Of a DNA stretch of 64,000 nucleotides, positions 1-12,059 are shown piece by piece. This DNA is from Anthoceros angustus. Taxonomy: Eukaryota; Plantae; Anthocerotophyta. The stretch spans positions 372,001-436,000 of the forward strand of contig MU008156.1 of NCBI GenBank assembly GCA_010909165.1, written 5' to 3'. A model generated the notes under the pieces. It did no database searches. It worked only from the letters and a program-made list of their open reading frames with translations, and was not told where the DNA came from. A program made the translations under genes and the position numbers. Numbering within the stretch: the first letter of the stretch is position 1; every line of letters begins with the position of its first letter.

Positions 1-899
1 AGCCATTGGCGGTCCAAGCCATAAGAAGGGCCACCGCCTCCCCTTATCGTTGGGTGTAGGTTAAGCTTCTGCGGGCGATTACGATTGGCGTCTGCGAACT
101 CAAGTTTGGGCCGGTCGGTGAGCATGTCCCAATTTCCCTTCACATGGCGACAATTTTCGCCTGTTGATTCTGGTTGGCATGGATGCACCCTCTTGCGTAT
201 CTACATGTGTACCAGGGGTTGTTTTGAGAGGCGCGCTGAAGGGCGACCATATGCGAGGGCGAGGACTTGCACATGCCATGGCCATGAGTCGAGGGATATG
301 CTTGTGCCTCGGCCATGAGCCGCGGCACATACTGATGCCTCGGCCATGTCTTTAACCATGGCCGCGCCTTGGTGTCGCACATGTCTGCAACCCGATCGCG
401 ACTCCCCAAAAACCTAATCGCCATTAGTCCTGACATATGTGAATGCTTTTCCAGGGTTTTCCAGGTTTTGTGGTTGTGATTAACAAGCATCGATGGCCGC
501 AGCGCCTGAAGCAGGATCTCCCGGAGATGGATGGCCGGAATACACTGCTCAGTGTGAGGCCACCATCCGCGCCACCTTTGATCACGCATGGGCGGTTCGG
601 GGTCAACTACCCCCACGCGACACCATCGTGAGCGCAGAGGACGCCCATAGAATTGTTCAGGCTGTCCCCGAGTTTCGAGTTCGCATGCGGTTCATGGTAG
701 TGGGCGTTGCCTTTGGAGATAGATTCAATCTTTGGAATTGATGCATCGTGGGCCGGGATACTCACATGGGTGGACGGCGGCGACCATGCGCCTTCTATGG
801 GATGCCATAAAGGCGCGTTTTGGCTAAACCCCATTAGTGTGAGCATATATAGGGTGTGCAAATTAGGGTTTGTGGCAACCTAAAAATTCGCAAAAAGCC

Positions 900-1321
900 A
901 TCTTGTAATGCTTTTGATAACTTAGTAAAAGGCGACCCGTTGTAAATCCGGGCATGTAGTAAAAAATATAGCTGGATAGTAAATAAGAGTCTTAGGAAAA
1001 GGTAAACTTTCAACGTAAAACACTTCTAAACACGAAAAACTAACCCACGGTAAAACTCAGGTAGTAAATTCCATACTTGCGTAGTAAAGTTTTCTATCTT
1101 GTTGTGATTCAAAATTGCCTTCGTAATAAGAGACTTTCGCCACGCGCGTAATCGTATTGAGTCGCGAAACCCAACCGTAGTAAAACACGCAACCCATGTT
1201 GTAAAGTCTAGTTGTATACTTGAGAATAATTGACAAATAAAACCTGTAGTAAAGCGAGCAGTGCTCGCTCTCTCATCTCTCTAAAAAAGGCGTTAGTAAA
1301 GGGCATGGTTTCCTAGTAGTG
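900..1321. mobile_element. Right terminus of a CACTA (En/Spm) DNA transposon
   Basis: Ends in ...TTCCTAGTAGTG at 1321 (reverse complement CACTACTAGGAA, a CACTA-type TIR). It is preceded by about 8 subterminal (G/T)TAGTAAA repeats between ~920 and 1300. Confidence 0.65.
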
Positions 1322-2965
1322 GATCCGGTGATGCTTGAGAGACTACCCACGTCGGACGTCGGTGATCATAGACATCGGTGGCCCACGGAAGATGAGAGTG
1401 AGGATACACAATCCGTGCGATCAAGCTAGTCTCCAAGAAGGAATCAAGAAAGCGGAAACTAGAGGTGTATCATGTCGGAGAGACTATTTTCCGGCCCATG
1501 TTTGTTCTTGCGGGGGGTGTGTGTTGGAAGGAAGGCTCTCCTATGCACATGCGGAGGCTCTCTTGATTCACTAGTGAAAACGTCAAAATTGTCCAACATT
1601 GGAGTCAAGTTTCCCAATTTTTGTCCATTCAAGTCTCTCCATTGTCCAGTCTAGCCACCTACAATTCAGGCGTTTTGGTCCGTGCCTCTAGGGCTTCTTC
1701 TAGCGTGGCTGCACCTGCTTACCCAATACTTGACAACCTCGTTCTTGTTGTGGGGATCCAGCTTGGCTTGCTCCGGCATCTCGACTTTGGGCACCACGTA
1801 GTCGCCCTGACACCCTGTTGCCCAAGCCTTCCCTTGTTAGAAGCTCGATAGCGTGGCCCTACTTCCACGTAATAATTACCCTCTACAACCTCGGCGCCTT
1901 TGCGAATGGGAAGACCCTTCCAAAATTTGTCTTCATGCCGCTCGAGTTTGTGCACACCCTTCACACACGAGGAGGTAGAAGTTAACGTTCTCTATATTGC
2001 ACGGCTCCACGTACCATATAGTTATCCCAGCTCCAACTCTTGCCTTCGTAATAAGAGACTTTCGCCACGCGCGTAATCGTATTGAGTCGCGAAACCCAAC
2101 CGTAGTAAAAACCGCAACCCATGTTGTAAAGTCTAGTTGTATACTTGGAGAATAATTGACAAATAAAGCCACAGTAAAGCGAGCGGTGCTCCAGCTCTCT
2201 CATCTCTCTAAAAAAGCAGGGCGTTAGTAAAGGGCATGGTTTCTAGTAGTGGATCCGGTATGGTGATGTGAGACTACCCACGTCAATGACGATCGGTGAT
2301 CATAGACATCGGTGGCCCACGGAAGATGAGAGTGAGGATACACAATCCGTGCGATCAAGCTAGTCTCAAGAAGGAATCAAGAAAGCGGAAACTAGAGGTG
2401 TATCATGTCGAGAGACTATTTTCCGGCCCATGCATGCTCGGGGAGTGTGTGTTGAAGGAAGGCTCTCCTATGCATGCGGAGGCTCTCTTGATTCACTAGT
2501 GAAAACGTCAAAATTGTCCAACATTGGAGTCAAGTTTCCCAATTTTTGTCCATTCAAGTCTCTCCATTGTCCGTAAGTCTAGCCACCTACAATTCGGCTT
2601 GGTCCGTGCCTCTAGGGCTTCTTCTAGCGTGGCCTGCCGTAGGGCTTACCCAATACTTGACAACCTCGTTCTTGTTGTGGGGATCCAGCTTGCTCCGGCA
2701 TCTCGACTTTGGCCCGCACCACGTGTCCGCCCGACACCTGTTTGCCCAAGCCTTCCCTTGTTAGAAGCTCATAGCGTGGCCCTACTTCCACGTAATAATT
2801 ACCCTCTACAACCTCGCGCATGCGAATGGGAAGACCCTTCCAAAATTTGTCTTCATGCCGCTTGAGTTTGTGCACACCCTTCACACACGAGGAGGTAGAA
2901 GTTAACGTTCTCTATATTGCACGGCTCGCATTACCATATAGTTATCCCTGTGCTCCAACTCTTGC
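1115..2965. repeat. Tandem duplication of a ~925 bp unit (CACTA end plus flank)
   Basis: TTGCCTTCGTAATAAGAGACTTTCGCC occurs at ~1115 and 2041. The CACTA end recurs at 2251. The two copies differ mainly by small indels. Confidence 0.9.
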
Positions 2966-3299
2966 ACTGGAGGCAAGTGACTAGTCTTGATCTTCTTTGA
3001 ATGTCTGGCTTGGTCGTCTTTGGAGCCTTACGCCGTGCCTCTTTTCCCAGAGCGGGTCCCCATGCTCACAGCAGCCTCACTATTATCCTGCTGCACCAAA
3101 TCTGTGCCCACCCCATTCACATTCCCAACCTAAGACAATGCAGGCGACTCCTCAGGTGTGTCATTCTCCAGCTCTGGCGGGTCCTTCTCCACCTCAGGTG
3201 TGTCCTTGTCTAGTTGAGATGCACCCTTCTTCGCCTCGGTTGTGACCTCATTCTCCACCCAGGTTTGTCCTTGTCCACATCATGTGTGTGTTCTCCGCG

Positions 3300-3760
3300 T
3301 CACGTGTGTCCTTCTCCACATCATGTATGGCCCTCTCTTGCTCAAGTGTGGCCTTCTCCACCTCGGGCATGGCCTTCTCCACCTCAAGTGTGGCCTTCTC
3401 CACTCCGGCATGCCCTTCTCCACCTCGGTATGGCCTTCTCCACTTTGTGTGTCCACCTTAGGTATGGCCTTCTCCCCGCGTGTCGTATGGCCTTCTCCCT
3501 GTCCACCTCGGTATGGCCTTCTCCCGCTGCGTGTCCACCTCGTATGGCCTTCTCCACTGTGTGTCCACCTCGGTATGGCCTTCTCCACTGCTGTCTCGTA
3601 TGGCCTTCTCCACTGTGTCCGTATGGCCTTCTCACCTCCTGTCCACCTCAAGCTGATCTTCTCCACATTAGGTGTGGCATTCTCCCTCTGGGGTGGTGTT
3701 CTCCAGCGGCGTGGCCTTCTCCACGCTGTGGCCTTCTCCCCACCGCACTTTGTTCCAGAG
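3300..3760. repeat. Degenerate ~20-30 bp minisatellite with core GTATGGCCTTCTCCAC
   Basis: More than 15 recurrences of (G)TATGGCCTTCTCC / GTGGCCTTCTCC with variable GTGTGTCCACCTC linkers. These produce the repetitive ORFs called in all frames here. Confidence 0.85.
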
Positions 3761-5026
3761 AGTGTGTGCAAATGCCTTTGGGTCCCCTCGATCCCCGCCT
3801 CTGTGTTGTCTTCCTGCAGCAGTGCACTTGCCTCCCCTAGCCCTACTCCTGAATGCCCCCCTGGCGTTGGCACCCTTTTTTTCACCGAGGGCGGGGTCCA
3901 AGGAACCCCCTCCGTGGCCTGATCCGGCACGCCAAAAACCGAGCCATACGAGCCGCTGCCAGGGGTGGCAAACAGAGTCGCCGTATTCCGAATAGGAACA
4001 CTCCGACTGGCACTTGACATCAGAGGCAACTTGTCGTAGCAAGCTGCAAAAAAAAGCATTGATAGCATTAGCTTTGGAGGGAAAGCAATACAAGGGAAAT
4101 CCCGTTCCTCCACACCCTCGCCCGGACACGAGATCTGCTGCGGTATGGTAGCGGTGACTTGGCGAATCTTCTCAAGGCGAGAGCAATCCATCCGGATCCT
4201 TTACAAGCTCAAGGTACTCGGACTTCCACTCCTTGAGTTGTTCCGCACCATGCCTCGCCTTTGTTCCTGCGGCGGATCCGGCCCTTTGCGGCGTACCGGT
4301 GTCCACCTCCATCTGCGATCTTGAGGGCACAATGCTTGTTAGTGCAAATGAGAAAAGAGGCAAAATTCATGGTACATATGCCGCATGAGGCGAACACACT
4401 CATTGCAAACCACACCAATGACATGTACTCGGTGAGAAACATGGCAAGCACTAAGCGGACAAGTTCACGGATCCACACGGTACACCAAAAGCATACCTAG
4501 CGCATATAGGGCAAGCATTCACAACAATGGTCATACATCCGCTCAAGAGTGGAAGGAAGTTGGTGCGACCAGCCTCCCCTCCACTTCAACATCCATGATG
4601 CCAAGGACTTGAGGACGTTGAACATCCGTTCATACGGTCGGACAGCTTCTTGTTGAAGCTCATCTTTGAGCACGAGTCCTCCGTGACTCCTCAACCATAA
4701 TCTGAGCTCTTCTCCGGAGCATACGGGCTTGAAGGCGGCCGAAGGTGGCGACCAAGGATCTGTGCCCTTGAATGTCCTCAAAAGTCTCGTCATCTTGATG
4801 CTCTTCTGCACCATCTCCATTTCTTGGGAACACTTGCGAATGTCGAACGCCACCTCCCCAAGCCTCTGTTTTTCACTGGTCAAAGCATGCTTTACCTCCT
4901 TTGCAATGGCATCCACCTTGTCAAGTTGGACATTTACATCTGTCACAAGTACAAAAGCAAGTAAATCACCCATCAGTGGATCCAGTGGGACACTGTTGCA
5001 GGGAAAGTAGCAATGTGCCACCAGGT

Positions 5027-8000
5027 CGAGTGAAGGAAAAGTGATACTGGGCACATCAAGTGGAGGAGAAACACGAGCAAATGACCGGGATACAACGCAT
5101 GTTGCTCAACAACTTGGTGCAGTGGTGACCAAGGCAACAACGAGCATGGTGCACTTCACATGACCCTACACCATGGCAAACTAGGTTGAATGACCGGGAG
5201 GGCGGACTAGGGTGCACCTCACATGATAGTAGGCAGTGTAGAGGGACTTAGCGACCAGGCATGACAAACATGTAGCACAAGGTGAGACAAACTTGAAAGC
5301 ACGGTAGCCTACCAGCAACCGGCAGCTGCGTGTGTCCTTTGGGCCCCCCTACAACGAGTAGGGGCTCTTCCTCCTTGACTCCTGCAGCCTTCACCGCCTC
5401 TGCCCGCTTTCCCTCACGGACTTCTCGTTTCTTATTCCTCCTGTTTGTGTCTTCTCGTGGAAGGTCTTCCGATTCACGTCGAGGCCAACAAGTTTCTCCA
5501 GTAGCAATGTGCCCACCGGTCGAGTGAAGGAAAAGTGATCTGGGCACATCAAGTGGAGGAGAAACACGAGCAAATGACCAGGATACAACGCACATGTTGC
5601 TCAACAACAGTGAGTGGGACCAAGGCAACAACGAGCATGGTGCACTTCACATGACCCTACACCATGGCAAACTAGGTTGAATGACCGGGAGGGCGGACTA
5701 GGGTGCACCTCACATGATAGTAGGCGGTGTAGAGGACTTAGCGACCGGGCATGACAAACATGTAGCACAAGGTGAGACAAACTTGAAAGCACGGTAGCCT
5801 ACCAGCGCGGTATGTGTCCTTTGGGCCCCCTAGCAGTAGGGGCTCTTCCTCCTTGACTCCTGCAGCCTTCACCGCCTCGCCCGCTTTCCCTCACGGACTT
5901 CGTTTCTTATTCCTCCCTGTTTGTCTTCTCGTGGAAGGTCTTCCGGTTCACGTCGAGGCCAACAAGTTTCTCCAACGCAATTCCAAGGGCCATGAGCCTA
6001 GGGATCCGCTTCTCCCAGTGGGCCTCGGCTCGTACATGCCAAAAATAAGAACATCAATTTCCTCCATTCTTCTTAGCTAAGGGCATCGGTTTCCCCACCA
6101 TGCCCCTCGTTAAAACTAGGGGCCCAAAAGCCTCTCCACCTCCTCGTTCCCCAACTTTGTCCCTCGGTCCATTTGCGAGTCGGTCTTTGACATCCACCTA
6201 GCAGGCTGCCATCGGCCGCCCTCCATGTCCAACTTGCCATGGGCCCTTTCGCCGCCCATATTCCCTCGAGCGCTCTCTTTTCTTTTCGGCGCTCCTTCCC
6301 TTTCCGGCTCCGCTTTTCCGCCGCCCTGCTCTTGGATACCATGGATCTGCCACTTGCTTGGGCACCTCGGTGAGCTTGCTTCCACCTCGCCTGCAATCTC
6401 GTCACATCCTTTGGATGAGTGCCCGGAGCTCCCCACGATAATTGTCTTCCACATCTCGGCCTCCTCACTTTCTTCAAGCTCTGTTATGCGGACTTAGAGG
6501 CATTTCCACACACACACAAGGCAACCTTAGACACCATGAGGAACATGGACCACGTTATGTCAAATGGAGAGCATGAGGAACACTGAGCCACCCTCCACAT
6601 CACTATGAAAACACAGCCACCTCGTGGCGGGCCTTCTTTAGCGAGGCCATCACGCGTCTTTGCCACGATGGCGGCCTCCATCACCAGGCTCGCCCTTGCC
6701 TCGGCGGCTAACTCACGGCGTGGGCATGCCCCTCGGCGGCATGCCTCAGCGACCATCGCCTAGGCACGCCCTCGTCCTCCGCCATCCGCCTCGCCCGCTT
6801 TCCCTCACGGACTTCGTTTCTTATTCCTCCCTGTTTGTCTTCTCGTGGAAGGTCTTCCGGTTCACGTCGAGGCCAACAAGTTTCTCCAACGCAATTCCAA
6901 GGGCCATGAGCCTAGGGATCCGCTTCTCCCAGTGGGCCTCACTCGTACATGCCAAAAATAAGAACATCAATTTCCCTCCATTCTTCTTCGCTAAGGGCAT
7001 CGGTTTCCCATGTGCCCTCGTTAAAACTAGGGGCCCAAAAGCCTCTCCACCTCCTCGTTCCCCAACTTTGTCCCTCGGTCCATTTGCGAGTCGGTCTTTG
7101 ACATCCACCCAGCTGGGAGGCTGCCATCGGCCGCCCTCCATGTCCAACTTGCCATGGGCCCTTTCGCCGCCCATATTCCCTCGAGCGCTCTCTTTTCTTT
7201 TCGGCGCTCTTCCTCCTTGACTCCTGCAGCCTTCACCGCCTCGCCCGCTTTCCCTCACGGACTTCGTTTCTTATTCCTCCCTGTTTGTCTTCTCGTGGAA
7301 GGTCTTCCGATTCACGTCGAGGCCAACAAGTTTCTCCAACGCAATTCCAAGGGCCATGAGCCTAGGGATCCGCTTCTCCCAGTGGGCCTCACTCGTACAT
7401 GCCAAAAATAAGAACATCAATTTCCCTCCATTCTTCTTCGCTAAGGGCATCGGTTTCCCATGTGCCCTCGTTAAAACTAGGGGCCCAAAAGCCTCTCCAC
7501 CTCCTCGTTCCCCAACTTTGTCCTCACCCATTTGCGAGTCGGTCTTTGACATCCACCCAGACAACTGGCTGCCATCACCGCCCTCCATGTCCAACTTGCC
7601 ATGGGCCCTTTCGCCACGCCCATATTCCCTCCGAGCGCTCTCTTTGCGCCGGCGCTCCTTCCCTTTCCGGCTCCGCTTTTCCGCCTGCTCTTGGATACCA
7701 TGGATCGCCACTTGCTTGGGCACCTCGGTGAGCTTGCTTCCACCTCTTTGCAATCTCGTCACATCCTTTGGATGAGTGCCCGGAGCTCCCCACGATAATT
7801 GTCTTCCACATCTCGGCCTCCTCACTTTCTTCAAGCTCTGTTATGCGGACTTAGAGGCATTTCCACACACACACAAGGCAACCTTAGACACCATGAGGAA
7901 CATGGACCACGTTATGTCAAATGGAGAGCATGAGGAACACTGAGCCACCCTCCACATCACTATGAAAACACAGCCACCTCGTGGCGGGCCTTCTTTAGCG

Positions 8001-8990
8001 AGGCCATCACGCGTCTTTGCCACGATGGCGGCCTCCATCACCAGGCTCGCCCTTGCCTCGGCGGCTAACTCACGGCGTGGGCATGCCCTCGGCGGCATGC
8101 CTCAGCGACCATCGCCTAGGCACGCCCTCGTCCTCCGCCATCCGCCTCGCCCGCTTTCCCTCACGGACTTCGTTTCTTATTCCTCCCTGTTTGTCTTCTC
8201 GTGGAAGGTCTTCCGATTCACGTCGAGGCCAACAAGTTTCTCCAACGCAATTCCAAGGGCCATGAGCCTAGGGATCCGCTTCTCCCAGTGGGCCTCACTC
8301 GTACATGCCAAAAATAAGAACATCAATTTCCCTCCATTCTTCTTCGCTAAGGGCATCGGTTTCCCATGTGCCCTCGTTAAAACTAGGGGCCCAAAAGCCT
8401 CTCCACCTCCTCGTTCCCCAACTTTGTCCTCACCCATTTGCGAGTCGGTCTTTGACATCCACCCAGACAACTGGCTGCCATCACCGCCCTCCATGTCCAA
8501 CTTGCCATGGGCCCTTTCGCCACGCCCATATTCCCTCCGAGCGCTCTCTTTGCGCCGGCGCTCCTTCCCTTCCGGCTGCTTTTCCGCCGCTCTTGGATAC
8601 CATGGATCCGCCACTTGCTTGGGCACCTCGGTGAGCTCGCTTCCTCGCCTGCAATCTCGTCACATCCGGATGAGTGCCCAGCTCCCCACGATAATTGTCT
8701 TCCACATCTCGCCTCCTCACTTTCTTCAAGCTCCTGTCCGGACTTAGAGGCATTTCCCGCACACACAAGGCAACCTTAGACACCATGAGGAACATGGACC
8801 ACTTATGTCAAATGGAGAGCATGAGGAACACGAGCCACCCTCCACATCTCACTATGAAAACACAGCCTCGGTGGCGGCCAGCCTTCTTTAGCGAGGCCAT
8901 CAGCGTCTTTGCGAGGCGGCCTCCATCACCAGCTCGCCCTTGCCTCGAAACTTTGGCGTCGACGGCATGCCCTCGGCAGGCATGCCTCAG
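5027..8990. repeat. Nested tandem duplications
   Basis: Block GAGTGAAGGAAAAGTGAT at ~5027 and ~5522. CCCGCTTTCCCTCACGGACTTC at ~5403, 5880, 6795, 7245 and 8150. CGGACTTAGAGGCATTT at ~6489, 7846 and 8738. Confidence 0.9.
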
Positions 8991-9720
8991 CGCCATCGCC
9001 TAGGCACGCCCTCGTCCTCCGCCATCCGCGGCCCTGCCGTGCGGACAAGGCCCATGTCGTGGCCCCAAGCCACGGCTGGCTCGAGGAGGCTCCACAGGCT
9101 GAGCCTCGGGACATGCAGTGGAGTGCCTCCCCTTGAGCGCAAAACACTCCTCACGTCACGATTACCACCTCACCCACGAGGGCGCCACTAGGAAACATGT
9201 AGTACACGGAGGGCATCCGCATCGTAGCCAGAGCTCCTGGGTGGGCGTTTCCTCGGTGGGCACGGATGTAGTCGAGGCGGGACCATGGCGGCAAGCAAAA
9301 CCCTAAACCCCGGTGAATGCGGCTTGAGCAACCTCGCACCTTGCAGTTGGTGGCTGCGAACTTGTATCCTCCCGTGGCGATTGCCGTTCTCCCTTCCGTG
9401 CACACGGCCTCTAGCGTGGGGACCTCATTCTTGTTTGGGCACCCTCCTCCCTTCCCGTGAACACTCCAAATGTCGATGGTCGATGGCGGTGGCGGCGCCT
9501 CGAAGAGCTCCCGCGTGAAGATGAAGCCTGCCACACCTTCATGCCCGAGCCGGTACTTTCAGTTCCCAAGTTCAGCTGTACATGACATGTTCACGTTCCA
9601 AATTTGACTTAACTTCAAACTGTATAAATATTGGATAATCGAAACTTGGGGTATATGCAGCACATATTGCACATTTGCATATGTCACAAAATGTGGTATA
9701 CCTAACCTTGCTAAGACCCA

Positions 9721-10460
9721 ATGCTTCTAGCTTTATGTGTTGAGCTTAACTTGGAAATTTATCAGCTTGACGTCTGTACGGTCTTTCTCTATGGTCACCT
9801 TAAAGAGGAGATCTACATGGATCAACCAGAAGATTATGAAGATAAGAAATTCCCTCACAAGGTATGTAAGCTACTTCGCTCTATGTATGGACTTAAGCAA
9901 AGCCCACGCTTATGGTATGAGAGAATGGATTCTTACCTAAAGAAGCTAGGGTTTGTCCAAAGTGAAGCAGATACCAATATCTATGTACTTCGCCAGGACA
10001 GCTCGCTTGTACTTGTTGCCCTATACGTGGATGACTTAGTTATTCCAGCTAATAATGTTCAATTGGTCAACAAGATAAAAGTTGATTTTAATAAAGAATT
10101 CGAGATAAAGGATCTCGTCAAAGTTAAATATATTCTTGGAATGCATGTACATAGAGATAGTACTAGACCTATTTATCTTCAACAAGGACGATATATAGCT
10201 GGTATGTTAAAACGCTTCAACTTGGAGAACGCGCGAGTAGTAGCCACACTAGGTGCTATTGGTGTTAAGTTGTCATCTACCTCTTGCCCTCAGTCTAAAG
10301 AGGACAAGAAGGAGATGGAGTCTGTACCCTATCGCATGGCAGTTGGTACTCTCATGTTCTTCAGTAATCAAACAAGACCCGATATCTCAAACACCGTGAA
10401 TGCTGTTGCTCAGTTCTCAGAGAATCCAGGACGAGATCACTGGGTTGCTCTCAAATGCTT
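9721..10460 (+). mobile_element. Ty1/copia reverse transcriptase (RVT_2) fragment
   Basis: Motifs QLDVCTVFLYGHLKEEIYMDQP, YGLKQSPRLW, LYVDDLVI and TRPDISNTV. Truncated before RNase H. Confidence 0.95.
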
Positions 10461-10700
10461 TAGCACAGGCCTTGATGAACCTGAAGAAATCCTTGCCCAT
10501 GGCCCCGTGAGTCTCGATGGCAAGGGGGATGAAGGCGTGGCCCTTCTTACATGGGCGAGTACTTGTGAACCTTCGTTGTCGCGCATCTCTCCGCCACCCA
10601 ACCTGGAGGGTTGATGAAGACGTGCTTGCAGACGGTGTCTCGGGCAAGGTCTGTTACGACCATATCCACAACAGGCTAGGAGTTCTCTCCTGTGGACAGT
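10460..10700 (-). mobile_element. Restriction-like endonuclease (RLE) C-terminus of a non-LTR retrotransposon, fragment
   Basis: Minus-strand translation VDMVVTDL...TTKVHKY...GHAFIPLAIETHGAMG matches the D-x-T / K-x-x-K-Y / F-x-P-x-x-x-E-T-x-G pattern of RLE-clade (CRE/R2/NeSL-type) elements. Confidence 0.7.
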
Positions 10701-11216
10701 TCTCTTCAACAACAGCCGTTTCCAGCCCTAAATGCCAATTTTCCTTCTCGCACGCCGCCATCTTCACACTCCGCCTCAGGCCACGTTTGGCCTTTCTCCG
10801 GCTCATGATTCAAAACATTCGCACACCCTTGGTGTGGTCGTCCCACAAGCACGTTGAGCAGCCCGCTTAGAGCCAGCAGATATCAGGGTTTGTGAACCCA
10901 TCAAGATTCTAACATGTGATTTAGTCACTATAATCACCGTAACTATATAATCAGAAATTGACTATCACGATGCTATTATGTCATGCTATGAAAATGACCA
11001 AAAAAGCACTCACTAGCTAAACACGTAGCCATATACTCCAATCTCAGCTTCACTATATCAATTTCATGATTGCCGCTTGCATAGCTTGAAGACTTTTTCA
11101 CAAGAAAGAGAAACTGAAGAGTGGTTTAATGAAATTATGAATAAAGTTAAAATAAAGATCATTATATTAAAAATATAATACAAATAAAAATTCGTATATA
11201 ATAAAATTATTATCTT

Positions 11217-12032
11217 TTATATATAAGATAGCGAGCAAAACCAAGAATGGTTTAGAACTTGTTGCGCATCCGGTCTACACTCTTGTTCTAAATGTAACAT
11301 TGAGTGTAGTAGATCTTTCACTTGTGACATGTTGGGCCACTCATCTAGGTCCAATTGAGTTATCCATTCTTCTTTTTGTCGAACTCATATCCTATATAAG
11401 GACGATTTCCGGTTAAAACTTCATACAAAATGACTCCTGCGCTCCAAATATCGGCTTTTGAAGTATAGCTTATGTTTACATCTTGAGTCCAATACCTCCG
11501 AGCCATGTAACATGGGGTTCCTGCAGCTCCCCTGTACAATAATTCATGTTCGTTTTGGAGACATGGAACTGACAAACCAAAGTCTGCTAGTATGACTTTG
11601 AGACGGCTAAGTAATAATATATTAGCTGGTTTCAAATCGCGATGCATAACATTATGCCTGTGGCAAAATTGATTGCCTCCATTAGGTTAAACATAAGTAT
11701 TTTTGCATCCTCTTCACAATAAGCTCCCCTTTTTAGTTCATCCTTTAGTGTACCATTGGTACATAGCTCCATCACAATATAAATATGTTCAATATCCTCA
11801 TGAACACTTTTTGTTAATAATATGAGAATATTTTGGAAGAGATCAAGAGTGTTGATCTCTCTACATATTGCATCATTTATGTCTTTAGATTTTTCATAAT
11901 TTTGCAGGCAAATATCTTTCCGTATTTGTCATAGCATTCATAGACTTTGGAAAAACCTCCTTCACCGATACATTTTCCACATATGTATCTTTCTTCAAAC
12001 ATTCTCACTTCAATTTTCATTGTGGACTCCAT
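11217..12032 (-). pseudogene. Intronless, AT-rich Ser/Thr protein kinase (single catalytic domain, ~270 codons) with several frameshifts
   Basis: Read across frameshifts: MESTMKIEV...IGEGGFSKVY...FACKIM...CREINTL...YIVMELCTNGTL...HRDLKPANILL...LADFGLS...GTPCYMA(PE)...DIWSAGVILYEVLTG...KDLLHSMLHLEQECRPDAQQVLNHSWF, stop at 11217. All kinase subdomains are present. Several shifts lie in or next to homopolymer runs. Confidence 0.85.
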
Positions 12033-12059
12033 AATTTTAAAGATTGATAAATAGGAGTA

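Larger units (their letters stand above)
3280..9534 (-). mobile_element. Unclassified repeat element with a long, degenerate minus-strand ORF-like region
   Basis: Intron-free chain of minus-strand ORF pieces (9151-9534, 6821-7258 and its copies, 4497-5054, 3280-4191) embedded among transposon fragments. I recognise no transposase, RT or gag motif. Confidence 0.35.

Noticed and set aside
3214-3922. Pro/Ser/His-rich ORFs of 208 and 226 aa as extensin-like genes
   Set aside because: They are produced by the minisatellite, which is open in most frames, and have no signal peptide.
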